NCBI GenBank assembly: GCA_964442365.1
Contig: CAYTZA010000002.1
Coordinates: 1-59,198, forward strand
Direction of reading: 5' to 3'
DNA length: 59,198 bases
From: an uncultured Candidatus Saccharibacteria bacterium
Lineage (GTDB): Bacteria; Patescibacteriota; Minisyncoccia; Phycocordibacterales; DAORIS01
The position numbers and the translations under genes are program-made. Below, in pieces: positions 8,026 through 17,457 of this stretch. The stretch's first letter is position 1; every line of letters starts with the position of its first letter. The notes beneath the pieces were generated by a model. That model had not been told where the DNA came from, ran no database searches, and saw only the letters and a program-made list of their open reading frames with translations.

Positions 8026-9411
8026 TTAAAAATCAGCTGAACCTCCACCGTTCATGGTGCTATCAAGGTTTTTATCAATAGAAAGGAAAGTAGCCTTTTT
8101 ATCATCAAAATAAAGTTCAGCTTTTCCTGTTGGACCGTTACGGTGTTTTTCTATAAGAATCTCGGCGATGTTTGGTCTGCCAGAGTCTTCTTTTTGTTTA
8201 TCTTCACGATGAATAAACATAACCACATCGGCATCTTGTTCAATAGAACCAGAGTCTCGAAGGTCAGATAGGCGGGGACGTCCACCACGTTGCTCAACAG
8301 CACGAGAAAGCTGAGAGAGAGCTAGAACGGGCACTTCCATTTCTCGGGCAAGTTGTTTGAGAGCACGAGAAATCTCAGTAACTTGCTGAACAACGTTATC
8401 AGAAGATCGAGATTGGGTTGGCATCATGAGTTGAAGATAATCAACAACAATCATACCAAGACCTTTTTCACTTTTTAATCTTCTGGCTGTTGCTCGCATT
8501 TTCAAAATATTTGAACCAGGTTGGTCATCGATATAAATAGGGGCAGTAGAGAGTCTTCCAAGTGAGTCACGAATTTTGTCGAATTCGTCTTCGCTGGTTA
8601 GTTGTCCTGTACGTAGTTTCCATGCGTCAACACGTGCTTCGGCCGCAAGCATACGGTCAACAAGTTGTTGGGAACTCATTTCAAGAGAAAAGATACCTAC
8701 GGGTACGTTGTACTGTATAGCTGCTTGTCTGGCAATATCTAGAGCAAAAGAGGTCTTTCCCATAGAAGGTCTGGCGGCTAGGATGATAAGATCTGATTTT
8801 TGAAATCCTGCAAGTTTATTGTCGATATCTTTAAAACCCGTAGGAACCCCTCGAAGTTCGCCTTTAGTTTTATGGAGTCTATCCATACGATCCCAGGCTT
8901 CTTGAAGAGTATCTTTAAGGTGTACAAATTTATGAGTAGAGCCTTTGTGAGCAATTTCAAATATTCTTTTTTCTGCTTTATCAAGAAGTTCGTCTATATC
9001 ATTTGCTTCTTCATAGCCGAGTGTGTTGATTTGTTCGGCGGCACTGATAAGTTCACGCATGATACTTTTACGTTGAACTAGTTCAGCATAATATCGAACA
9101 TTTGAAGCAGAAGGAACGCTAGCTGCTAATTCAGTTAAATAACTTGAGCCACCAATTTTTTCAAGACTACCAAGTTCTTGTAATCGTGAAGAAAGAGAAA
9201 TAAGATCAACAGGTGAAGATTTGCCTATAAGTTCGAGTATGGCAAGCCATATTACTCTGTGTCTTTCCGAATAAAATGATTCCGGTTTAAGGATATCTAC
9301 CACTTCATGAAAAGCTTCGGGACGAATCATGATTGAACCTAAAAGGGCCATCTCGGCATCGAGGCTGTGTGGGACGGTTCTGAGGTTGTTTGGACGAGTG
9401 ACTTGTTTCAT
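8026..9411 (-). CDS. dnaB: Replicative DNA helicase DnaB
   Basis: PHSLDAEMALLGSIM N-terminal domain, Walker A ARPSMGKTS, and SQLSRAVEQR. No intein. Confidence 0.97.
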   Translation of the reverse strand: MKQVTRPNNLRTVPHSLDAEMALLGSIMIRPEAFHEVVDILKPESFYSERHRVIWLAILELIGKSSPVDLISLSSRLQELGSLEKIGGSSYLTELAASVPSASNVRYYAELVQRKSIMRELISAAEQINTLGYEEANDIDELLDKAEKRIFEIAHKGSTHKFVHLKDTLQEAWDRMDRLHKTKGELRGVPTGFKDIDNKLAGFQKSDLIILAARPSMGKTSFALDIARQAAIQYNVPVGIFSLEMSSQQLVDRMLAAEARVDAWKLRTGQLTSEDEFDKIRDSLGRLSTAPIYIDDQPGSNILKMRATARRLKSEKGLGMIVVDYLQLMMPTQSRSSDNVVQQVTEISRALKQLAREMEVPVLALSQLSRAVEQRGGRPRLSDLRDSGSIEQDADVVMFIHREDKQKEDSGRPNIAEILIEKHRNGPTGKAELYFDDKKATFLSIDKNLDSTMNGGGSADF

Positions 9412-9485
9412 AAAGGAGTATAGATTATTTTAGCATGAGAGCACAATGCGTCTAAAAAAGCGGGGATTCTACGTGTACAAACTGT

Positions 9486-10859
9486 TTATAAGTATTTTGT
9501 GCCATTTTTGCCATCTTCAACGTGTACACCTTTTGTCTCTAAAGTAGTACGAAGAGTGTCGCTAAGCGCCCAGTTTTTTTGAGCGCGGGCTTTTTCACGT
9601 TTTTCAATAAGGTCTTTAATTTCATCAGAAAATACTGAAACGTGTTCATTGAAAATTGCCAATATCTGATTCATGGCATGTGCAGTTGCATGTTTATCAG
9701 CTTCAGGAATTGATTCATCTTTGAGCATATCCCAAAGAATAGCAATACCTTTAGGGGTATCGAGATCGTCTGATAGGGCAGTGATAAATAGACCCCATGT
9801 CTTTTCATGAACAGATCCTCCTTTTGGCGATCCACGATACCAGTGTTCAAGTTTTTCTCTAGCACGTTCGCTATCGGCAAGGGCTTCCCAAGTAAAATTC
9901 ATTTGGCTACTGTATCGTCCACCAAGGAACCAATATCTAAGAGCGAGGGCAGGTATATTTTTTGCTTTTATATCAGACACAGTAATAATATTTCCAAGAG
10001 ATTTTGACATTTTCTGCTCATCTACACGTATAAAAGCATTGTGTAGCCAATATGTCGCATAAGGTTTTCCTGTGGCGCACTCCGATTGAGCAATTTCATT
10101 GTTATGGTGTACAGGAATATGATCAATACCTCCAGTATGAATATCAAAAGTTTCGCCAAGATATTTCATGGACATAGCGGAGCACTCTATATGCCAACCA
10201 GGGAAACCAATACCCCAAGGTGAAGGCCACTCTTGGAGACGTTTTTCATCTGGGTGTGATAATTTCCAGAGAGCAAAATCAGTAATGTTTTTACGTTCTT
10301 TATTTACAGCGATACGAGCACCTTCTTTAAGATGTTCCGTATCAATATTGCCAAGTTTTCCATAATCAGGGTATTTTGACGTATCAAAATATACACCGTC
10401 AGAAGTTTTATACGTATAGCCTTTGGCTTCTAGTTTTTTTATAAGTTCGATTTGTTCTTTGATATGTTCTGATGCATGAGGGAAGTGAGTACCGTGAGTT
10501 CGTATATGAAGATCACGTAAATCTTTTATAAAACTATCAAGATAGTATTCGGTTATCTCCTGCGGAGAAAGTTCTTTTTCTTTTGCTGCTTTTTCTATCT
10601 TATCTTCTCCCGCATCAGCATCTGCAACGATATGTCCAACATCAGTAATGTTTATAACTTGTTTTACTTTGTATCCGTTGCTTTCAAAAGTACGTCTTAA
10701 TATATCTGCAAATACATATGAACGCATATTACCAATATGGGCAAAATCATATACTGTCGGACCACAATGATACATAGAAACTGTATCTGGTACGAGTGGT
10801 ACAAAGGATTCTTTTTCTCCCGATAGGGTATTCTTAAGAAATATTGGATTTCGTGACAT
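9486..10859 (-). CDS. cysS: Cysteinyl-tRNA synthetase
   Basis: HIGN (HIGH motif), KMSKSLGN, GWHIECS. ATG 10859. Confidence 0.95.
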   Translation of the reverse strand: MSRNPIFLKNTLSGEKESFVPLVPDTVSMYHCGPTVYDFAHIGNMRSYVFADILRRTFESNGYKVKQVINITDVGHIVADADAGEDKIEKAAKEKELSPQEITEYYLDSFIKDLRDLHIRTHGTHFPHASEHIKEQIELIKKLEAKGYTYKTSDGVYFDTSKYPDYGKLGNIDTEHLKEGARIAVNKERKNITDFALWKLSHPDEKRLQEWPSPWGIGFPGWHIECSAMSMKYLGETFDIHTGGIDHIPVHHNNEIAQSECATGKPYATYWLHNAFIRVDEQKMSKSLGNIITVSDIKAKNIPALALRYWFLGGRYSSQMNFTWEALADSERAREKLEHWYRGSPKGGSVHEKTWGLFITALSDDLDTPKGIAILWDMLKDESIPEADKHATAHAMNQILAIFNEHVSVFSDEIKDLIEKREKARAQKNWALSDTLRTTLETKGVHVEDGKNGTKYL

Positions 10860-10914
10860 GTTTGTATTATAGCCTGTTTTGACTCTAAGGTTCAATTTTG
10901 AGACAATATATATT

Positions 10915-12144
10915 ATGAAATATCATTTGCCTCGTTATATATCGTATGTCGGTATTATTGTAATCATGGTGCTAGTAGCGTCTGGTGCTAGTTATCATCT
11001 TGGTCGTCTTGAGGCTAAATCACTGCAGGTTCCTATGGGGATAATAAATAGCGATGTGCCAATATCAGCGTCTACGACAGACTTCGCTTTATTTTGGAAA
11101 GTCTGGACTCTTCTAGATGATCGTTTTGCTTCTAGTAAGACAGAGAAAATCACTGATCAAGAAAAACTATATGGTGCGATTAAAGGTCTTGCAGAAGCAT
11201 ATGGAGATCCTTATACAACCTTTTTCCCGCCAGCAGAGACAAAAGAATTTGAAAGCGAAATAGAAGGTAGTTTCCAAGGGGTTGGTATGGAAGTTTCACT
11301 TAAAGATAGTATTTTGACTGTAGTGGCACCACTTAAAAATAGTCCAGCAGAACATGCAGGAATTAAAGCTGGTGACAAGATTCTAAAAATAGACAGTACA
11401 GTAACAACTAATATGACGGTTGATCAGGCTGTTAAATTGATTCGTGGGCCAAAAGGTACATCAGTAACACTTGTTGTACTTCACGCTGATTCTGATGTTC
11501 CTGTTGAGATTAGTATCGTTAGAGATACAATCAATATTCCTACTATAGAGACCAAACAGCTTCAAGGTGGTATCTACATGATTCGTTTATTTAGTTTTTC
11601 TGCTCAATCAGCTGATTTGTTTAAAGATGCAATCAAATCATATGTGCAGTCTGGTAACAAGAAATTAATCATAGATCTACGTGGTAATCCAGGCGGTTAT
11701 CTTGATGCCGCTGTTGATATTGCGAGTTGGTTTCTTCCCGGAGGCAACGTCATCGTAACCGAAGAATTTAAAAGTGGGGCAGAGAACACATATCATAGAA
11801 GCAAAGGATACAATATCGTTCCTTCAGATCATGCGATTGTTGTACTTGTAGATGCTGGCTCTGCTTCTGCTTCTGAGATTGTGGCAGGAGCGCTACAGGA
11901 ATACGGCCGTGCTACTTTAATCGGAACACAAACCTTTGGTAAGGGTTCTGTTCAGGAATATATGAAAGTTTCTACAAATACATCTCTAAAAGTTACTATT
12001 GCACGTTGGCTAACACCAAAAGGTGTGTCTATATCAGAAGGTGGTCTTAAGCCAGATATTGAGGTCAAAGTAACTCCTGCAGATAGGGAAAAGAAAGTAG
12101 ATGCTCAACTTAATAAGGCTATAGAGATCCTTTTGACAAAATAG
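10915..12144 (+). CDS. S41 carboxy-terminal processing protease (CtpA-like) with PDZ domain
   Basis: N-terminal TM segment, PDZ (GIKAGDKILKID), DLRGNPGG, and a GSASASEI catalytic region. Confidence 0.9.
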   Translation: MKYHLPRYISYVGIIVIMVLVASGASYHLGRLEAKSLQVPMGIINSDVPISASTTDFALFWKVWTLLDDRFASSKTEKITDQEKLYGAIKGLAEAYGDPYTTFFPPAETKEFESEIEGSFQGVGMEVSLKDSILTVVAPLKNSPAEHAGIKAGDKILKIDSTVTTNMTVDQAVKLIRGPKGTSVTLVVLHADSDVPVEISIVRDTINIPTIETKQLQGGIYMIRLFSFSAQSADLFKDAIKSYVQSGNKKLIIDLRGNPGGYLDAAVDIASWFLPGGNVIVTEEFKSGAENTYHRSKGYNIVPSDHAIVVLVDAGSASASEIVAGALQEYGRATLIGTQTFGKGSVQEYMKVSTNTSLKVTIARWLTPKGVSISEGGLKPDIEVKVTPADREKKVDAQLNKAIEILLTK

Positions 12145-12169
12145 TTTTTTCAAGTAAGATACACCTACT

Positions 12170-12613
12170 ATGAAAGTAATTTTTTACAAAGATGTACCAG
12201 GGGTAGCTAAGAAGTTTGACGTAAAGAACGTATCAGATGGTTATGCCTTTAACTTTCTTTTACCTCGCAATCTTGCTCTACGCGCAACCGCTGAAGAACT
12301 TGCTCGTCTTGAGGCTAAGAAGAATACAGAAATCAAAGCTAAAAAAGATGCTGAAGCTGTATTGTTAAAGAATCTTAAGAAGATTACTAATCTTACAGTT
12401 ACAATCACAGAAGATGCTAATGAAAAGGGTCATCTTTTCAAGGGTATACACAAGGATCAGCTTGTTGCAGAAATCAAAACTCAAGGTGGTCTTGATATAG
12501 CTGAAGACTTTATCGTTCTAGAAAAGCCTGTTAAAGATGTTGGTGAGCACAAAATTGAAGTTCGTGCCGGTGACAAAAACGCTTTCTTTACTCTCTCAGT
12601 GGTAGCTAAGTAG
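12170..12613 (+). CDS. rplI: 50S ribosomal protein L9
   Basis: MKVIFYKDVPGVAKKFDVKNVSDGYAFNFLLPRNLA. Confidence 0.93.
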   Translation: MKVIFYKDVPGVAKKFDVKNVSDGYAFNFLLPRNLALRATAEELARLEAKKNTEIKAKKDAEAVLLKNLKKITNLTVTITEDANEKGHLFKGIHKDQLVAEIKTQGGLDIAEDFIVLEKPVKDVGEHKIEVRAGDKNAFFTLSVVAK

Positions 12614-12654
12614 TATTTTCTTGTTTTAGATAGAAAAAATCTTTATCTATATAA

Positions 12655-12680
12655 CAAAACACCCCTTTCGGGGTTTTTGT
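12655..12680. terminator. Bidirectional terminator between rplI and rpmA
   Basis: acccc-tttc-ggggt (12661-12674) with a flanking A-run and T-run. Confidence 0.8.
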
Positions 12681-12684
12681 TTGT

Positions 12685-12957
12685 TTATTTGACGCTAACT
12701 TGTTTCTTGACTGACTTTGAACCGTCAAAGTGTGTCTTTCTTTTGTCTTTGAAAGAAACTATACCAACTTTACTTGCGTATATAGTATGATCTTTACCCA
12801 TATCAACGTTCTTTCCAGGAAGAAATTCTGTACCGCGTTGACGTATGATAATAGAACCAACACCGGCTTGTTCGCCATGGTTAAGCTTAACGCCTAGATA
12901 TTTAGGGTTTGAGTCGCGTAGGTTTTTTGCTGTTCCGCCAGCCTTTTTTGTTGCCAT
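12685..12957 (-). CDS. rpmA: 50S ribosomal protein L27
   Basis: [24 protein letters not shown]...IIIRQRGT. Confidence 0.95.
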   Translation of the reverse strand: MATKKAGGTAKNLRDSNPKYLGVKLNHGEQAGVGSIIIRQRGTEFLPGKNVDMGKDHTIYASKVGIVSFKDKRKTHFDGSKSVKKQVSVK

Positions 12958-13036
12958 GGTATTTTAATGATATTTTATCGCTCTATTTGTATACTATGCT
13001 TGTAGGTGCGATGTAAAAGCTAGTATAACCTAATAT

Positions 13037-13393
13037 ATGAAAAAAGACAAATATTTATTCATCCATATCATAATATTGATTTTGTGTACTATTTCGGCCT
13101 ATATGGCTGGTATGGTTACCAATATTGAGTCTAAGCGTCCTTCTGTAGAGGTTATCTCTAGAGAACAAAATACAGCGATGGTTAGTGATGCGATTGAAAG
13201 TATAGCCTCAACTTCGCTTGGGAATCCAGTAGATCCTATGGTTGTAGGGTCTAAAACGGGGGATAAGTATCATTTTCCTTGGTGTTCTGGGGCTCTCCGT
13301 ATGAAAGAAACGTCAAAAATCTTCTTTAAAAACAGTGATGAAGCCAGAAAAGCTGGTTATACTCCGGCAGCCAACTGTAAGGGTCTTCAATAG
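13037..13393 (+). CDS. Membrane-anchored protein with C-terminal Ada-like metal-binding motif
   Basis: N-terminal TM segment. C-terminal GDKYHFPWCSG...EARKAGYTPAANC resembles small Ada-Zn-binding-like domains common in CPR exported proteins. Confidence 0.6.
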   Translation: MKKDKYLFIHIIILILCTISAYMAGMVTNIESKRPSVEVISREQNTAMVSDAIESIASTSLGNPVDPMVVGSKTGDKYHFPWCSGALRMKETSKIFFKNSDEARKAGYTPAANCKGLQ

Positions 13394-13458
13394 GTTTTTG
13401 ATGTTTCTATTGTACGGCTCTACATAGCCATATAATCGTGATTATTGATGTATAAGGA

Positions 13459-13488
13459 TTGACAAAATAGGGTAAAGGGTGCTATAAT
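13459..13488 (+). promoter_or_regulatory. Consensus sigma-70 promoter for CDS 13537..13995
   Basis: TTGACA (13459-13464), 18-nt spacer, TGcTATAAT (extended -10, TATAAT 13483-13488). Confidence 0.75.
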
Positions 13489-13536
13489 ATACATGAAATT
13501 CAGTGAACAGCTGGATTTTTTAATTTATAGAAACTT

Positions 13537-13995
13537 ATGCCTTTTGCAACATTCGCCGCAGCTCTTGTTATGTTTACTTCGCCTCTGTTGAATAGTAGCA
13601 ATACTCTTTCAGCAGTGACCACTGTAGCTCATTCATCAACTGCCTCAGAAACGGTACTTCAGGTATCAGTATCTAATTCAGATGAAAAAATCCTTACGGT
13701 AAAAGATACCGTTCATGCGTATTACAAGGAGACTCCTATTCTTGCTAAAATTGCATTCTGTGAATCAAGCTTTCAGCACTACACTAAAGATGGTCAGGTT
13801 ATCCGCGGTAAGGTAGATAGTCGTGACGTTGGTCTTATGCAGATCAATGAAAAGTATCACCTTGAAACATCACTTAAACATGGTTTCGATATCTATACGA
13901 TAGAAGGAAACATGGCATATGCTGAGTGGTTGTACGAACGACAGGGTACCGCACCTTGGAATGCTTCTGCTCCATGTTGGAGTCAATCAGTCTAA
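13537..13995 (+). CDS. Secreted lytic-transglycosylase-like (SLT/lysozyme-like) protein
   Basis: Signal-like N-terminus. FCESSF...DVGLMQINEKYH matches the SLT E-S...GLMQI signature. Confidence 0.7.
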   Translation: MPFATFAAALVMFTSPLLNSSNTLSAVTTVAHSSTASETVLQVSVSNSDEKILTVKDTVHAYYKETPILAKIAFCESSFQHYTKDGQVIRGKVDSRDVGLMQINEKYHLETSLKHGFDIYTIEGNMAYAEWLYERQGTAPWNASAPCWSQSV

Positions 13996-14012
13996 ACTTA
14001 TAATTCTCATAC

Positions 14013-14041
14013 AAAACCCCGAGCGTAGTGCCCGGGGTTTT
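14013..14041 (+). terminator. Rho-independent terminator
   Basis: aaaaccccg / cggggtttt stem followed by a T-run. Confidence 0.8.
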
Positions 14042-14093
14042 GTTATGTTAGATTTGTATGTTTCTTTATCTGTGATTTGTTAGGCTTGATTGG

Positions 14094-14570
14094 ATGATTA
14101 GATTTACTGATCAACAATTTGAAGAAACAAAGAACACTGGTGAGGTTTTCTATAGAAGCATCGGGAAAGTGTATTGCCCATATTTAAAGTGTGATGTTTC
14201 TTTCAACACACAAGGTCTAGAACATTTGAAGTTCAAGAAACGTGAAAAGGCGAGGGCTATCAGTGATCAGTATATGAGATTCAAGTTAATAAATCTTGCC
14301 CCAGAGATTTTAAGATCATCTCATACATTGCAAGGATTTCTAGAAACAAAGGGATTTGAAAAAATACGAATGCAAGGGAGAACGGATATTGTTTTAAAGC
14401 CTGTTAGTTATTATGAGTTTATTGCTGTTATTAAAAGAAATCGTATTCGTGTTGTTATAAAACAGATTGATAATGGTGAAAAGTTTTTTTGGAGCCTCAT
14501 TCCATTCTGGAGGATGAAAGGATCTACGATGACACGTATATTGCATAATGGAGAACCAGAAGAAGACTAG
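14094..14570 (+). CDS. Hypothetical protein (158 aa)
   Basis: Uninterrupted ORF with a weak SD. No family recognised (GLEHLKFKKRE..., ...FFWSLIPFWRM). Confidence 0.55.
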   Translation: MIRFTDQQFEETKNTGEVFYRSIGKVYCPYLKCDVSFNTQGLEHLKFKKREKARAISDQYMRFKLINLAPEILRSSHTLQGFLETKGFEKIRMQGRTDIVLKPVSYYEFIAVIKRNRIRVVIKQIDNGEKFFWSLIPFWRMKGSTMTRILHNGEPEED

Positions 14571-14574
14571 CTAC

Positions 14575-14656
14575 AAAAAAAGCCGCGTGAGCGGTGTTCT
14601 TTGTTGGCGTCTGGCTACAGCTTGGAAGCCGTGAGAGGGCGAACCCTCCAAACGCC
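14575..14656 (-). ncRNA. Candidate about 80-nt structured sRNA (three-way junction), convergent with CDS 14094..14570
   Basis: Minus strand reads GGCGU-UUG-[GAGGG-UUCG-CCCUC]-UCAC-[GGCU-10 nt-AGCC]-AG-ACGCC, then CCGC-UCAC-GCGG and U7. The element is GC-rich in an AT-rich genome, with a promoter at 14663-14690. The terminator stem is only 4 bp, so orientation is not certain. Confidence 0.5.
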
Positions 14657-14662
14657 ACTTAT

Positions 14663-14690
14663 AGAATATCAAATAGAAAAAACTGGTCAA
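14663..14690 (-). promoter_or_regulatory. Candidate promoter of the 14575..14656 sRNA
   Basis: Minus strand has TTGACC (14690-14685), a 16-nt spacer, and TGaTATTCT (extended -10, hexamer 14668-14663). The predicted start is about 14656, at the base of the closing helix. Confidence 0.45.
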
Positions 14691-15046
14691 ATTTATAAAA
14701 GCTTCTCTACCCAGTCTAAAAGAATAGGGGAGAGGCGCCCTATTTAGTTTTTAGAGACCCTTCTCTATGCGTGTATGTATATATAAATATTAAAATTTTA
14801 CACAGAATAAATAAGCAGGAAAATTTTATAGGGAACAGAGAATTAGGTGCTAAAAAGTCAGCTGTGGATAACTTTAAGGGGATGTGGTCTTATAAGATAA
14901 GAGTACGTCGCACAATATATCTTTTGCGACATAGATATAGTTTTTATTACCTTATATATCAAGCTGTTTAGTTTCCGGATTCTTTTGTATGAGCACTTCT
15001 CTATCGGCCACAAACAAAAAATATCTAGCTAGTTTTATGTATGTAA

Positions 15047-15964
15047 TTATTTCTCTACAGTTCCCTCACTACGTATTACTTTAATTACGATAAATAATAA
15101 TCCGATCGCTACTAGTAAAATAATACCCAATTCACCATATGTTTTAATTAGTATATCTTCAGGATTAGATTTTTTGGCTTGTAAAGGTACGTATGTTGGA
15201 TTTTTTTCTTCGATACCAAGAGTAGCCTCCGTATATAAATTTGTATCTATATGAATCAAATCAGATGATTTTATTTTTACTGATAGAGCACTGTTACTAC
15301 CATAAAGTACTTTGTATGACGTTGTAGACGATTCTGGAGCCTCGAAAAATGCATATATTGGCAAAGCTTTAATATGAACAAGTTTATTTGCATACATAGA
15401 TACTATTTCAGAAGGAATAGTAATACGTAAGAAACGATTCTTGGTTGGAGTGTATTCTATAAACGTAGAAGATGTTGAATGGTATTTTTGAATGGTTTGT
15501 GTATTCCAATTATTTTTATCAGTACTTGATTCAATTGTAATTAAAGGTATTGTTTCGGTTTTAACAAAAGATGGTTGAATAGCAAAATGATAAAAAACTG
15601 ACGTACCAATATCGACAGTAAAGGAGGTGCTTGATCCTGTAGAATATGTTGAGTCGGTTGGTGTATAAAAGGTTTCTATTTGTGTAGAAGTTCCTGTGTC
15701 GATAACAAATGGAATTTCTGTTTCTATGTTTTTAATAATACGAAAATCTTGTAAGTTTTTTGTTTGTAAAGCGAGGCTGTATGGTATGCGAATACCAATA
15801 GTCGTGTATTGCGTCGAGCTTGCAAAAATAATCGAACGCATATGTTCAAAACGAAAAGATCTCACAAGGGAAGTCGTCTGCCCTGCTGTATATACAGTTG
15901 CGGGTATGATTAACAAACAGACGATGCTTATTATTTTGTAAAAGTATTTTGGATTGATTTCCAT
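15047..15964 (-). CDS. Exported hypothetical protein with N-terminal signal/anchor and C-terminal TM anchor
   Basis: 305 aa, rich in Ser/Thr. C-terminal LGIILLVAIGLLFIVIKVI. No family recognised. Confidence 0.65.
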   Translation of the reverse strand: MEINPKYFYKIISIVCLLIIPATVYTAGQTTSLVRSFRFEHMRSIIFASSTQYTTIGIRIPYSLALQTKNLQDFRIIKNIETEIPFVIDTGTSTQIETFYTPTDSTYSTGSSTSFTVDIGTSVFYHFAIQPSFVKTETIPLITIESSTDKNNWNTQTIQKYHSTSSTFIEYTPTKNRFLRITIPSEIVSMYANKLVHIKALPIYAFFEAPESSTTSYKVLYGSNSALSVKIKSSDLIHIDTNLYTEATLGIEEKNPTYVPLQAKKSNPEDILIKTYGELGIILLVAIGLLFIVIKVIRSEGTVEK

Positions 15965-16074
15965 GCAGAAGCAACAGAGTCACCTGTTTGAGTTAGTACT
16001 TTATTAACATCTATACCAACAAAATAATGTAAAGCAAATAGAACAATAACTGTTAAAAGTATACCTTTTATCAT
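15931..16074 (-). CDS. Possible 47-aa single-TM mini-protein overlapping the start of CDS 15047..15964
   Basis: Hand-translated as MIKGILLTVIVLFALHYFVGIDVNKVLTQTGDSVASAWKSIQNTFTK. It is below the ORF-track cutoff and overlaps the downstream start by 34 nt. Confidence 0.3.
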   Translation of the reverse strand: MIKGILLTVIVLFALHYFVGIDVNKVLTQTGDSVASAWKSIQNTFTK

Positions 16075-16100
16075 GTTTTTATTATCTCATAGAATATAGA

Positions 16101-16127
16101 TATACACCCGCCGTCGGCGGGTGTATA
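16101..16127 (-). terminator. Hairpin terminator after the M23 peptidase gene
   Basis: Perfect palindrome tatacacccgcc-gtc-ggcgggtgtata. Confidence 0.65.
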
Positions 16128-16182
16128 TCTTGGTATATCAAAATACATGCCCGTCAGAGGTGGGTATGGAGTTTAAAAGTCT

Positions 16183-17457
16183 CTAGAGATACAAAAGTGG
16201 GTTTAGATAGGCTTTAAGGTCTGCAAAAGGCATAGTATAACTTCTACCACAAGCCTTACTTGGTCGTGTAAGAATTTGAACACCCTGTGAAGCGTATACT
16301 GTGAAGTGAAGGTGTGGACCGGTCGTGTATCCTGTATTACCAGAATATGCAATAAGTTCACCACGGGCAACTGTTTGATTGGGTCTTACTTTTATAAGAG
16401 AAAGATGGGCATAAAGTGTACTGAGGCCATTTGGGTGCTGTATGAGTATCCATTGGCCATATGAGGCTCCTGGACAAGCGGTATCAGTATTTCCTGTTCC
16501 AAGTACAACTCCCTGTTCGGATGATTTTATAGGTGTTCCTACAGAGGCTCTGAGGTCTATACCGTTATGCCCTTTTCCGTTGTATGCCCCAGGATTTTTT
16601 CGTGCAAAATCAGTATCACCAAATTGTTGGGTTATACTAACTGAATCAACAGGCCATGCCAATATTCCTTTACGTGATTGAGGAATAAGGGATGGGTCAA
16701 TAGCGATTTTCAAATCAGCTTCAAATTGTTGAAGTTCTTTTTCGAAAGCATTTTTGAGGTCTAGACGCTCTTGAAGTTGTTTGCGAAATTCTGCTTCTGT
16801 ATTTTTTGTTTGTTTAAGAACAGTATTTTGTGTTTTTTGACTTTGTTCTACTAGTTTCTTTTGATCAGCAAGGGTTTCTTTTTGTGTTTCGTATTGTTTT
16901 TTCTGAACTGTGCGAGAAGAGAGATCTTTTTCTAGTTTCTCTTTTTCTTTTATAATTTCATCAAGATTTTGATTGATTGAGTGTTGAAGACGAACTGATT
17001 GATCAAAATATGTCCATGCATCACTTAGTTTTTGATAAGTAAGAAGTTGTTCGATAAGTCCTAGAGATTCTTGCTGGTCACGTTTTTTAATAAGAGTCTT
17101 AAGTGCTTGTAGACGTTTTTCGATTGTGTCTTCCCTATCTCCTATTTCTATATCAAGTTGTTGTATGGTGTATGTTGTTTTTGAGAGACTCGTTTCTGTG
17201 CGTGTGAGTTCGGTAGAAAGTTTTTTGATTGTTTGATTAAGTTCGGCGAGAGTGTTTTGAAGAGTAATTGCTTTGGCACTTGTTTCGCCAATTTGATTTT
17301 GATACTGAGCGATTTCTGCGTCGAGTTGTTTTAGGACTTGATTTTTTTCTTCTATTTTTTGTTTTAATTCGTCAATTGTATTTGCGTGGAGTGTTTGAGC
17401 GGTAAAGAAACTCAAAAAAAGACATACTATGAATATACTAGAGACGAGTCTATTCAT
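16183..17457 (-). CDS. M23-family peptidase with N-terminal coiled coil (EnvC-like)
   Basis: Long coiled coil, then HNGIDL...GPHLHFTVY (LytM/M23 motifs). ATG 17457 overlaps the gltX stop. Confidence 0.9.
   Translation of the reverse strand: MNRLVSSIFIVCLFLSFFTAQTLHANTIDELKQKIEEKNQVLKQLDAEIAQYQNQIGETSAKAITLQNTLAELNQTIKKLSTELTRTETSLSKTTYTIQQLDIEIGDREDTIEKRLQALKTLIKKRDQQESLGLIEQLLTYQKLSDAWTYFDQSVRLQHSINQNLDEIIKEKEKLEKDLSSRTVQKKQYETQKETLADQKKLVEQSQKTQNTVLKQTKNTEAEFRKQLQERLDLKNAFEKELQQFEADLKIAIDPSLIPQSRKGILAWPVDSVSITQQFGDTDFARKNPGAYNGKGHNGIDLRASVGTPIKSSEQGVVLGTGNTDTACPGASYGQWILIQHPNGLSTLYAHLSLIKVRPNQTVARGELIAYSGNTGYTTGPHLHFTVYASQGVQILTRPSKACGRSYTMPFADLKAYLNPLLYL

Noticed and set aside
14603-14658. 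Hammerhead ribozyme or SRP RNA identity for the three-way junction
   Set aside because: Junction strands are 2-4 nt (UUG, UCAC, AG on the minus strand). No CUGAnGA/GAAA hammerhead core is present, and no GGAA-tetraloop/AGCA SRP domain IV signature.
14709-14718. 10-nt identity ACCCAGTCTA shared with the DUF3800-adjacent sRNA (27306-27315), each followed by an A-rich spacer and a terminator hairpin
   Set aside because: For a query of about 65 nt against about 118 kb of two-strand sequence, several exact 10-mer matches are expected by chance. Flanks do not align. Not treated as homology.
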